DNA of 24,000 bases. It comes from Methanobacteriota archaeon. Lineage in GTDB: Archaea; Thermoplasmatota; Thermoplasmata; RBG-16-68-12; JAFNFQ01. The number at the start of each line of letters is the position of its first letter. The stretch's first letter is position 1. The translations under genes and the position numbers were made by a program. Positions 12,716-20,817 of this stretch are shown here, piece by piece. The stretch covers positions 2,061-26,060 of the forward strand of contig JAFNFQ010000029.1 of assembly GCA_017885655.1 (NCBI GenBank). Direction: 5' to 3'. The notes beneath the pieces are model-generated. The model was not told the DNA's origin. It saw only the letters and a program-made list of their open reading frames with translations, and ran no database searches.

Positions 12716-15184
12716 TCAACCGTGGATCACGACGGAAATGGTTGTGGTCGAGTTCCCGCCATCGTCGTCGCGGACCGTGAGGCTCACCGCATAGGTCCCG
12801 GGTCCGGGGAAAGCGTGGCTGACCTCCGCCATGGCGGTGAACGGGAAGGTACCGCCTGGGCTCTCTGGCGGGTCCGGCCCGACGCCGTCGTTGAACACGG
12901 TCGAGTTCTGGGGCGTGCTGTTATCCCCAAAGTCCCACTCGAACGTGATGTCGTCGCTTCCTGGGTCCACTGCCGCCGCCTTGAAGCGAACCGCCAGCCT
13001 CGCCACATACGGCGTGAGGTCCACCTCCCACACGTAGGTCCCGGGGTGGTTGACGTTGAACGTGTGGTGTATCCTGACTGGCTCTTCTCCCGGAGACCCG
13101 ACCATGATCCACACGGGGTTCGCGCCATTCGGCTGCCCGTTGATCGGGTCGTCCTCCGGCGTGTACACGATCCTCGCGGAGTAGTTGGCCGAGAGGAACA
13201 GATTCGTCACGTTCGTTGACATCGCCTGATCATCGGGAGAGCCCGGCATCCTGACGATGCGCAGATGGCCGAGCACCGTGTCGTTGATGAAGAAGATGCC
13301 CTCGACGTCGTGCCACTTCTCTCCCGCAACGCGCAGCGTGAACATCCCTGGACGATTGACCTGGACGATCCGCGCGGTCGGCGCGACATTCCTGACGATG
13401 ACCGCTGTCTCATACACCACAAAGGCGCCGTTCTCATCTGTCACAGTGAGGCGGACCGTGTAGTTGCCGTCATCCCCGTACAGGAAGTCGGCGGTGCTGG
13501 TGGCGCTCATCGGCGATCCCGTTGCTGGGAATGTCTCATCCAGGGTGGGCCCGAGTTCGAACTCCCAATGGAATGAGAGGCTGTCGTTGCCCGGATCTGT
13601 TGCGGTGGCGGTCATGCTGCCGGGCGATCCCTCATCAACATAGACCGGTCCGAAGGGGATAATCGTCGGAGGAACATTCTGAATGTGGATCGAGAATGCG
13701 ACCCCGAGGCCACCGCCATCGTCATCCTGAACCGTCAACTCCCCGGCATAGTCCCCGTCTTGCGGGTAGAATGCCGTGAATGTGGATGTGGCGGCGAACG
13801 GGAATGCCCCGAGCGGGCTCTGCGGCGGGTCAGGGCCGGCCCCATCGTTGTAGAACACCCTCGACTCCACGTCGCCGTTTCCGAAGTCCACGGTGAAATG
13901 GAGGTCATCGCTCCCCGGGTCCTGTGCGGTTGCTGTCATGTCGACGTGCGACCCCTCGTCTGCAGTGGCTGGGAATGAAAGTGCGATGATTGTCGGCGGG
14001 AGGTTCTGCACGACCGCGAGCTTCCCTCCGAGCATCCCGACACCGCCATCGTCGTCGGCCGCGATGATCTCGAGCGGGAAGCTGCCGTCATCTCCGTAAG
14101 TCCGCGTGGCGGTCACCGCCTGTCCGCTCGGGTTGAACCACGTGCCGATGAATTCCGGCGGGAGGCCGTCTCCCCAATCCACCGTGACATTCACCGGATC
14201 TGCTCCTGGGTCGGTGACGCTGAACTGCAGCGTGATCATACCGCCCTCTGAAGAATCCGTGACTGAGCCGAAGGTTATTGACGGGGGGACATTCTTCACA
14301 CCAACGTCGGCCAACGTGGAATTCTGCAGTTTGCCATCGGAGACCGTGAGCTTCGCTCTTCCCTTGAAGTCGTCAGGATATGTGTGGCTGACCGTGGCGT
14401 TCATCGTCGTGATGTCCGTGGTGCCGTCGTTCTCGAAGTCCCATGAGTAGGTGAGCGCATCGCCATCGGGGTCATAGGAACCGCTCGCGTTGAACAGGAT
14501 CGGAGACCCCTCGGTGCCGATGTACGGCCCGCCGCCGTTCGCCACAGGAGGCTTGTTGCATGCGCTCCCAATCGTGACCTGCCCAGTCATCGAGAGCGGG
14601 ATATGGGTCCCGTCACCGTCGACCCAGCGCTGGTAGCGCGCCGGGTCCGGGCCATAGTGTGTCAGGTCCACCTTCAGGGTCCACTCGCTGCTCGTCGGCA
14701 GCGGTCCAAGAGCGCCGCCGTCCGTGTTGGTGAAGTAATGGAACTGGCCCTGGGGATTGCGCGCCAGGTTGAACTCCCCGGGGTCGTCGGAGACCGCCAC
14801 TGAAGCTCCTGCCGGGATTCCCTGTAGCTCAACATCCGTCAGCGCATCAGGCGTTCCGCTCCCGTCGACGTTGAAGTGGAATACGAAGTACAGCTTGCTG
14901 CTCCCCGTGTCAAGATAGAGATAGAGCACGCTCACGTAGGCCTCAACGAACGGCGTGTGTGCGCTATCGCTGTAGTAGTTGTAGAACGAGCTGACTGTCT
15001 GCGCTCGCTCGACGGGCTCTACTGGATGGTCCGACCCGCCCTGGGTGACCTCGAACAAGCAGGGCAGCGTCACCGTCTGAGGCGACGGCGGCTGCGGCAT
15101 GTTGTAGCCAGAAATGGAATTCACGAAGAGGCACCCGACCAAAAGTGCGGCAATAATCCTCACGGTCCCCGCCTCCAGACCCAT
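12716..15184 (-). CDS. Secreted multi-PKD-domain surface protein (822 aa)
   Basis: PKD signatures recur: FNASGSYDPDGDALTYSWDFENDGT, WDFGDNSTP, FTVDFGNGD, VTVDWGDG, and repeated NVPPTI linkers. Start is ATG 15184 (MGLEAGTVRIIAALLVGCLFVNSISG, a signal peptide). An AT-rich box lies ~30 nt upstream (complement of ~15207-15224). The longer listed N-terminus lies upstream of that box. Confidence 0.8.
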   Translation of the reverse strand: MGLEAGTVRIIAALLVGCLFVNSISGYNMPQPPSPQTVTLPCLFEVTQGGSDHPVEPVERAQTVSSFYNYYSDSAHTPFVEAYVSVLYLYLDTGSSKLYFVFHFNVDGSGTPDALTDVELQGIPAGASVAVSDDPGEFNLARNPQGQFHYFTNTDGGALGPLPTSSEWTLKVDLTHYGPDPARYQRWVDGDGTHIPLSMTGQVTIGSACNKPPVANGGGPYIGTEGSPILFNASGSYDPDGDALTYSWDFENDGTTDITTMNATVSHTYPDDFKGRAKLTVSDGKLQNSTLADVGVKNVPPSITFGSVTDSSEGGMITLQFSVTDPGADPVNVTVDWGDGLPPEFIGTWFNPSGQAVTATRTYGDDGSFPLEIIAADDDGGVGMLGGKLAVVQNLPPTIIALSFPATADEGSHVDMTATAQDPGSDDLHFTVDFGNGDVESRVFYNDGAGPDPPQSPLGAFPFAATSTFTAFYPQDGDYAGELTVQDDDGGGLGVAFSIHIQNVPPTIIPFGPVYVDEGSPGSMTATATDPGNDSLSFHWEFELGPTLDETFPATGSPMSATSTADFLYGDDGNYTVRLTVTDENGAFVVYETAVIVRNVAPTARIVQVNRPGMFTLRVAGEKWHDVEGIFFINDTVLGHLRIVRMPGSPDDQAMSTNVTNLFLSANYSARIVYTPEDDPINGQPNGANPVWIMVGSPGEEPVRIHHTFNVNHPGTYVWEVDLTPYVARLAVRFKAAAVDPGSDDITFEWDFGDNSTPQNSTVFNDGVGPDPPESPGGTFPFTAMAEVSHAFPGPGTYAVSLTVRDDDGGNSTTTISVVIHG

Positions 15185-15426
15185 GAGTCCAGATTCGCTG
15201 GCAAGCTCATAAGTCTTTTGTAGAGCGTGGGGCGCGGTGGTCTGCATGCTGGGTAGTGGTGCAGAATGAAGGATCGCGAGATTGCGGGGAGGAATTCGCA
15301 CCGGCGAGAGAGATTCCCTGCTTCCTCATGATGAAGTTGAGGAAAGGCACCGCAAGGTCGAATAATCCCCGGTCCAAGTAGAAAGCGTGGCTCCCGCGTC
15401 AGTCCTCTTGTTCACCTGATCGCAGC

Positions 15427-15603
15427 CTAGTCCTTTGCCGCCTTCTTTCTCGCATTGCCTTCGAGCGATATCCCCTTCACCCTGACGTCCCCTTGCCTGC
15501 AATCCTCTTCGAGGTATGTGACGTAGCCCGAGCCGACGTTCAAGTGCACCACGTGCACCTTCTTGTTCACCTTGATCAGGGGCTTCGTCGCCTTCTTCTT
15601 CAT
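15427..15603 (-). CDS. Small basic hypothetical protein (58 aa)
   Basis: MKKKATKPLIKVNKKVHVVHLNVGSGYVTYLEEDCRQGDVRVKGISLEGNARKKAAKD. It has an ATG start and GC3-rich codon usage like neighbouring real genes. A TATA-like TTTAAGTA (complement of 15639-15646) lies ~36-43 nt upstream. It has Lys-rich termini and a beta-strand-looking core. I recognise no family. Confidence 0.45.
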   Translation of the reverse strand: MKKKATKPLIKVNKKVHVVHLNVGSGYVTYLEEDCRQGDVRVKGISLEGNARKKAAKD

Positions 15604-15723
15604 CTTGGCTTCCTTGCGCTCCAATACCCACGGGGGCTACTTAAAGGGTCTGCCGAGAATATCAAGCGTTGTCGTGCACGAATGCGAATTGGACTTCGAT
15701 GCATCCGGAGCAAGCTCGGGCGA

Positions 15724-16266
15724 GTGCGGTGGAAGCCGCTCCAGTGTGGGGGGAGCAGCTCCGCGTGTGGATGGAGGTCGGACGAGCGTGGGGCGAGCTG
15801 CTCCACATGTGGGCGGAGTCGCTCCGAGTGTGGAGGAAGTTCGTCCGCGTGTGGATGGATTCTCACCAAGTGTGGACGGAGTCTCGGAACACTCGGACCG
15901 AGCTTCGAAACATCGTCGCGGATGCGGAAAACTGCACCGGAAGCCCCGGAGAGTGTGGAGCGAGCCGCTCCGTGTGTGGACGGAGTTCCTCCGCACGTGG
16001 ATGAAGCCGGTCCGCGTGTGGACGGGTCCTCTCCACGTGTGGACCGAGGCCGGGCGAGTGTGGGCGGAGTCTCTCCGCGTGTGGACGGAGGCGGAGCGAG
16101 TGTGGACGGAGCCCGGGAACATTCTCGCGTATATACGCGCAAGTATCGATATCCCCGGAAAACGCGGACGGAGTCCGTGCGCGTGTGGACGGAGTGTCTC
16201 CACATGTGGACGGAGGCGGAGCGCGTGTGGACGGAGTCCGTGCGAGTGTGGTTGAATGGGCCCCTG
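15724..16266 (+). repeat. Nested tandem array: ~20 units of 21 bp (consensus GTGTGGACGGAG-N4/5-CTCCGC) inside a ~230-bp higher-order repeat
   Basis: GTGTGG-type cores start at 15744, 15765, 15786, 15807, 15828, 15849 and 15870. A second block starts at 15953, 15974, 15995, 16016, 16037, 16058, 16079 and 16100. A third block starts at (16162), 16183, 16204, 16225 and 16246. Every step within a block is exactly 21 bp. The phase jumps by 83 bp (4x21-1) at both interruptions. The two interrupting segments are homologous to each other (GGAACA(C/T)T..., (G/C)CGGAAAAC...). Confidence 0.85.
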
Positions 16267-16509
16267 TATGGGGTGGGATGCGCACCGATGGAGGATTCCT
16301 CGATCCCAACGGCCTCCGATTGGCCCTCGTCGCTTTCGCATAAGGCGATTATCCCATTCGCATGATGCAAGATTCTTCCGACCAGCGTCCGGATGAAGAT
16401 CATATCCACCACCCACTCCGCTCAATCGACCATCCGGGTCCGTGCATAGCCCTGCGTGTGAAACTGCTAAATAGAGATTCGACAGGTAGACATCCGCTTG
16501 CATCCGCGA

Positions 16510-19500
16510 ATGTCTCGCGCTGGTCAGCCATATGATGCGACTAGGCATGCGCACCCAGGCGGCATCCTGGCCGTGTCGGCATCGGTGGCCTTCATCCTCG
16601 TGTCGAGCCTGACAGCAGTCCCGCTGCTGCAGACCGCCCCCCCTTCGGGCGATGGCGGGAGCAGGGCAATGTCCCAGGAGACGGTCGTGCGGAGCCTTTC
16701 CGGAGACTACGTCATCGAGAACGCCGGTCAAGTCGCGGACGGTGTAAGATTTTATTCGATGGGGAATCCCTCGGCTGGATTCCGCGATGACGGCGTGGTG
16801 TTCGTACTGTCTGACGAGATGAAGGCGCAAGATGGGACGGAGAGTGATCAGGTACTCCAGCACGCCCGCCCAGCCCTTTTCGAAGCGGTGCAACGAACCG
16901 TCTCGGTCGCCTACCTCCTCCGCTTCGAGGGGGAGAACGAGGTCAGGCCGGTCGGCAGAGACCGCCTGCCTTTCGATAGCAACTTCTTCCTTGGAGACGA
17001 TTCGGCCAGGTGGAAGGTTAATGTCCCCAGTTACGAGGAGGTCGTTTACGAGAATCTCTATGATGGCATCGACCTCGTCTACCGCCCGATCGAGCACGGA
17101 GTGAAATACGAGTTCCTCCTGAGTCCCGGGGCGGACCCGCGCTCGATCAGCCTGAGGTATGAGGGAATCGAGTCTCTTGAAGTCAGAGCGGACGGAATAG
17201 CGGTTGCGACAACATCAGGTGAAATCCTGGACTCCGCACCTTACTCGTTCCAAGAAGGCGGGGCTGAAGTCCATTGCGTTTTCTCGTTCCGCAGTCCCAG
17301 CTCCTATGGCTTCGACTGCGCCGGATGGGACGGGACTTCGCTCCTGACCATCGACCCTCTGATCTACTCCACTTTCCTTGGCGGGAGCGGCTGGGACCAA
17401 GGTTACTCCATCAAGGTAGACAGCAATGGAAACGCCTATGTGACCGGACAGACTCGGTCAGCCAATTTCCCCACGACGCCCGGTGCATACGACACCACTC
17501 GCGGCGGAACGGACGACGCCTACGTGACGAAGCTGAGCTCAGACGGGACATCGCTGGTCTATTCCACGTATGTTGGCGGAGGCAGTACTGATGTTGGTCT
17601 CTCCATAGCCCTGGACGCGAATGGCAACGCGTGCATAGCGGGTGAAACCCTGTCCTCTGACTTCCCGACCACTCCTGGCGCCTTCAGCAGGACTTATCAT
17701 GGTAAGTCCGATGGATTCGTCACGAAGCTGAATTCGGATGGAAACGCTCTCCTGTTCTCTACTTACATCGGCGGGGCGGAAAACGACACCTGGCCAACTG
17801 TGGCGGTCGATACCGCGGATAATGTCTATGTTGCAGGCATCACCAAATCAGTGGATTTCCCCGTCACACCAGGAGCGTTCGACGTCTCGTACAACTCTGG
17901 TGGTTCGGACGCGTTCGCTATGAAGCTGAACTCGACAGGCATGGCCCTGATCTATTCCACCTTCCTTGGCGGGAACGATGCGGACTTTGCCTACTCGATT
18001 GCGGTGGACACCGCCATGAACGCGTATGTGACAGGGGGCGCCTGGTCTGTCGACTTCCCGACCACGCCAAGCGCCTTCGATAGATTGCAGAGCGGCTCTT
18101 GCGATGTCTTCGTCACGAAGATTAGCGTCACAGGCGGTTCCCTCGACTATTCCACCTTCCTAGGGGGAGGCGGTTTCGACGTCGGGCTCAGCATCGCGGT
18201 CGATTCCTCGGGGCTGGCCTTCGTGACCGGGTCGATAGACTCGCTGAACTTCCCCGTGACCCCCGGCGCGTACGACTCCTCTTTCAACGGAGGTCTCTAC
18301 GATGCCTTCATCGCGAAGCTGAATTCGGGCGGGAGCTCGCTGCTATACTCGACCTATTTTGGCGGTGGGAACGGTGAGTTCGGGAACGCCATCGCGGTCG
18401 ATTCGGCGGGGAACGCCTACATAACGGGCGGTACCGACTCGAATGACCTCCCAGTCACACCTGGTGCTTTTGATACATCTTACAATGACCTCATGGACGC
18501 ATTCGTCACGGAGATGAACGGGACTGGATCCCTCGCCAACTCCACCTACCTTGGCGGGAGCGGCACAGAAGGATACCTGAACTTCCTGACCGTCGACCCT
18601 ATCGGTGAAATCTACGTGACCGGCATCACGAACTCCACGGATTTCCCGATCACGCCAGGCGCCTTCGACACGACAGTCGATCCCAACAGGGATGGTTATG
18701 TCACGAAACTGGGCCCACTGTTCCCGGATCTCGCGGTCGGTCAGCGGGACATAGCATTCGACCCGCCAGGGCCCGTGATGGTCGGCACAACGGTCACGAT
18801 AAACGCGACCATCGATAACCTTGGGTCATCTGATGCCATCGGTGTCATTGTCAGGTTCCACGATGGTCCGCCGTCCGGCTCGAACCAGATAGGATCCGAC
18901 CAGGTCATAGCGTTTCTCCCGGCTCCGGGCGGCACTGGGCTCGCCTCGGTTGTGTGGATTGCGGACCCGCCCGGGATGCACAATATTTGTGTAGTCGCAG
19001 ACCCTGATAATAGAATAGCCGAAAGCAATGAAGCTAATAATCTGGCCTGCCGCAGATTCCCGGTTCTGACAACTTACACTCTCCCGCTCACCCCTGGCCA
19101 CCGGTTCGTGTCGTTCCCGCTCAAGCCTGTCCCTGATGACGTCGCGTCAGTGCTGAGTTCGCTTTCCGGTTGCTACGACTACATCCGCTGGTATGATGCG
19201 CTCGATCCGAGCGACCATTGGAAGTCCTACGAGCCCGCAAGGGGATACAACGACATAGAGCGACTGGATAACACCATGGGCTTCTGGATGAACGTCACAA
19301 TCGCTTGCGATTTCATTGTGACCGGCTACCCCGAGAGACTCACCATGCTCTCCCTTTACGCCGGCTGGAACATGGTCGGCTATCCGTCTTTCAACACGTC
19401 TTACACCGTGGCGGACCTCAAGGCCGCAATCGGCCTTGCTGGCGTGATCGTCGAGACGTTCGATGCGAGCGCTGCCCCGTACTATCTGCAGAGAGCGCCG

Positions 19501-19578
19501 GACAGATACACGTTTGCGGCGGGAGAGGGCTACTGGATATTCGTGCCATCTGATGTCGACTGGGCAGTCTATGGTTGA
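16510..19578 (+). CDS. Surface protein with N-terminal conserved region, SBBP-type beta-propeller repeats, CARDB-like domain and C-terminal domain (1022 aa)
   Basis: The N-terminal anchor is GILAVSASVAFILVSSLTAV. About 8 repeats follow of YSTFLGG...D.G..IAVD..GNAYVTG.T.S.DFPTTPGAFD....G..DAFVTKLN..G..L. Next comes DLAV...GTTVTINATIDNLGSSDA (CARDB-like). The C-terminus has GWNMVGYP and GEGYWIFV. Start is ATG 16510 (the listed TTG 16498 is possible). CTAAATAG box at 16467-16474. Confidence 0.85.
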   Translation: MSRAGQPYDATRHAHPGGILAVSASVAFILVSSLTAVPLLQTAPPSGDGGSRAMSQETVVRSLSGDYVIENAGQVADGVRFYSMGNPSAGFRDDGVVFVLSDEMKAQDGTESDQVLQHARPALFEAVQRTVSVAYLLRFEGENEVRPVGRDRLPFDSNFFLGDDSARWKVNVPSYEEVVYENLYDGIDLVYRPIEHGVKYEFLLSPGADPRSISLRYEGIESLEVRADGIAVATTSGEILDSAPYSFQEGGAEVHCVFSFRSPSSYGFDCAGWDGTSLLTIDPLIYSTFLGGSGWDQGYSIKVDSNGNAYVTGQTRSANFPTTPGAYDTTRGGTDDAYVTKLSSDGTSLVYSTYVGGGSTDVGLSIALDANGNACIAGETLSSDFPTTPGAFSRTYHGKSDGFVTKLNSDGNALLFSTYIGGAENDTWPTVAVDTADNVYVAGITKSVDFPVTPGAFDVSYNSGGSDAFAMKLNSTGMALIYSTFLGGNDADFAYSIAVDTAMNAYVTGGAWSVDFPTTPSAFDRLQSGSCDVFVTKISVTGGSLDYSTFLGGGGFDVGLSIAVDSSGLAFVTGSIDSLNFPVTPGAYDSSFNGGLYDAFIAKLNSGGSSLLYSTYFGGGNGEFGNAIAVDSAGNAYITGGTDSNDLPVTPGAFDTSYNDLMDAFVTEMNGTGSLANSTYLGGSGTEGYLNFLTVDPIGEIYVTGITNSTDFPITPGAFDTTVDPNRDGYVTKLGPLFPDLAVGQRDIAFDPPGPVMVGTTVTINATIDNLGSSDAIGVIVRFHDGPPSGSNQIGSDQVIAFLPAPGGTGLASVVWIADPPGMHNICVVADPDNRIAESNEANNLACRRFPVLTTYTLPLTPGHRFVSFPLKPVPDDVASVLSSLSGCYDYIRWYDALDPSDHWKSYEPARGYNDIERLDNTMGFWMNVTIACDFIVTGYPERLTMLSLYAGWNMVGYPSFNTSYTVADLKAAIGLAGVIVETFDASAAPYYLQRAPDRYTFAAGEGYWIFVPSDVDWAVYG

Positions 19579-19606
19579 GGCGCAGGGCGACTCGGGTCTT
19601 TCCTGC

Positions 19607-20677
19607 TCAAGCATGTTTCCTGTTGAGTCTCACGCTGAGGAGCGCGACCACGACGATTGCCGCCACCGCAATCATCAGGCCGATCCAGAGACCTGACCAA
19701 TCGGCCGTCTCGCCTCCCCCCAGGCTGAACTTGACTATCTCGTCCAGTGGAAGGATCACGTTGCTCAGCCCTCCGAAGATATAGGCTGCGTTCCCGTCCC
19801 AGATGGCGGTCGTCATCTCGCGGGGTCCGGGGAGTTTCTCTGCGAGCAGCTTGACCTCGCCGGTGGCGGGAGTGAACCGCACGATGTCCGCGATTGCGGT
19901 GGCGCCGTTGTTGCCACCGAAGATGTACGCGTTCTCCCCGTCCCAGACCGCCGAGGTGTGGAACCTTGGGCTTGGCAGAGTTGCATCCACTTGGGTCATC
20001 GTGTCCGTTTGCGGATCATACTTCAGAATTTGATTCGATGCCCCGGCGTTGGTCTTGCCCCCGAAGATGAAAATGTCAGTCCCCGTCCACACTGCAGAAG
20101 TGCCGCCCGAGCCCACGGGCATCCTCGCGGACATCAGAGAGAACGCGTCAGTCGTCGTGTTGTATTTGAACACCCTCGCCTCGATTGCCGTCCCGTTGTG
20201 CCCGCCGAATATGTATGCGTCATGCCCATCCCATACCGCCGCCGCACCGATGCGCGTGGTCGGAAGTCTGGCATTCATCAATGTCGTGACGTGGTTGACC
20301 GGATCGTAGCGGAAGATCCGGGATTGCCTGGAGCTGCTGTTCTCTCCCGCGAATATGTAGACATCATGTTCGTCCCAGACGGCGGGAGATGTCATCGTTG
20401 CATCTGGGAGGACTCCTCTGAAACTCGCGTCATTCGCCGACGTGTTGTAGGCGACGATATCGGCGAAAACGTCGATGTCATTGGTGCCGCCGAATACGAG
20501 TGCCTCGGTATCGTCCCAAACTGCTGATGCGCGGCAGAGCGCTTGGGGCAAACGCGCTGCCACCTCGACGGAGATTCCCGGGGCAGCTTCAGTACTTGGG
20601 GCAAGAACCGCCGCGGAGACGATGACTCCGAGGACGAGCAGACAGACCCCACTTTTGCGGATCGGATTGTCTCTCAC
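19607..20677 (-). CDS. Kelch-repeat beta-propeller protein with signal peptide and C-terminal TM anchor (356 aa)
   Basis: There are six repeats with AVWDG..AYIFGG-type signatures: SAVWDDTEALVFGG, PAVWDEHDVYIFAG, AAVWDGHDAYIFGG, SAVWTGTDIFIFGG, SAVWDGENAYIFGG, TAIWDGNAAYIFGG. The N-terminal hydrophobic segment is VCLLVLGVIVSAAVLA. The C-terminal TM segment is LWIGLMIAVAAIVVVALL. GTG start at 20677, with a GATTAATC box ~26 nt upstream. Confidence 0.85.
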   Translation of the reverse strand: MRDNPIRKSGVCLLVLGVIVSAAVLAPSTEAAPGISVEVAARLPQALCRASAVWDDTEALVFGGTNDIDVFADIVAYNTSANDASFRGVLPDATMTSPAVWDEHDVYIFAGENSSSRQSRIFRYDPVNHVTTLMNARLPTTRIGAAAVWDGHDAYIFGGHNGTAIEARVFKYNTTTDAFSLMSARMPVGSGGTSAVWTGTDIFIFGGKTNAGASNQILKYDPQTDTMTQVDATLPSPRFHTSAVWDGENAYIFGGNNGATAIADIVRFTPATGEVKLLAEKLPGPREMTTAIWDGNAAYIFGGLSNVILPLDEIVKFSLGGGETADWSGLWIGLMIAVAAIVVVALLSVRLNRKHA

Positions 20678-20817
20678 GAGGTCCAGAGATACGACGCGAT
20701 TAATCCCTTTTTCGGATTATTGACGCACACACTGAATATTGCCATCTTGGCGCGAGCCGCCCTCCAGCCCCGGAAAGAATCATATAGTTGCGTTCGGCTG
20801 TGCCACCGGGAAGTAAT

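Noticed and set aside
11896-13219. Overlapping ORFs of 185, 368, 225, 178, 91 and 74 aa in the 12.0-12.7 kb tract
   Set aside because: They are mutually overlapping in several frames and strands, Arg/Pro-rich and without motifs. The 368-aa and 225-aa ORFs continue antisense into the PKD gene. The tract is treated as non-coding.
15327-15418. C/D-box sRNA (ATGATGA at 15327-15333 ... CTGA at ~15415)
   Set aside because: The boxes are ~85 nt apart with no internal D'/C' pair and no terminal stem. Single box-like heptamers are expected by chance.
15724-16266. CRISPR array interpretation of the tandem repeats
   Set aside because: The units are contiguous 21-mers with no unique spacers between them. 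The repeats are degenerate rather than near-identical. No cas genes or leader are visible in the window.
15640-16266. Replication origin (ORB/mini-ORB cluster) interpretation of the array
   Set aside because: There is no adjacent orc1/cdc6 or rep gene and no substantial AT-rich unwinding element (only a 14-bp TATATA palindrome). The core does not match the ORB consensus as I remember it. This is kept only as a remote possibility to test.
3411-16266. Treating every GTGGAC/GGACGG occurrence (hairpin arms of repeats A and B, array cores, operator palindromes) as one regulatory code
   Set aside because: A given 6-mer is expected about a dozen times in 24 kb on both strands (2 x 24000 / 4096), and more often in GC-rich DNA. 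Only the 14-bp palindromes and the phased 12-bp cores are individually significant. The link between them is noted as a hypothesis, not a feature.
15493-17097. Long ORFs through the repeat array (486 aa and 270 aa on -, 290 aa and 230 aa on +)
   Set aside because: All six frames are open only because the 21-bp unit lacks stop codons. Single ORFs read the same DNA repeat in different frames after each 83-bp offset. The 486-aa ORF also runs antisense into the well-supported 16510 gene.
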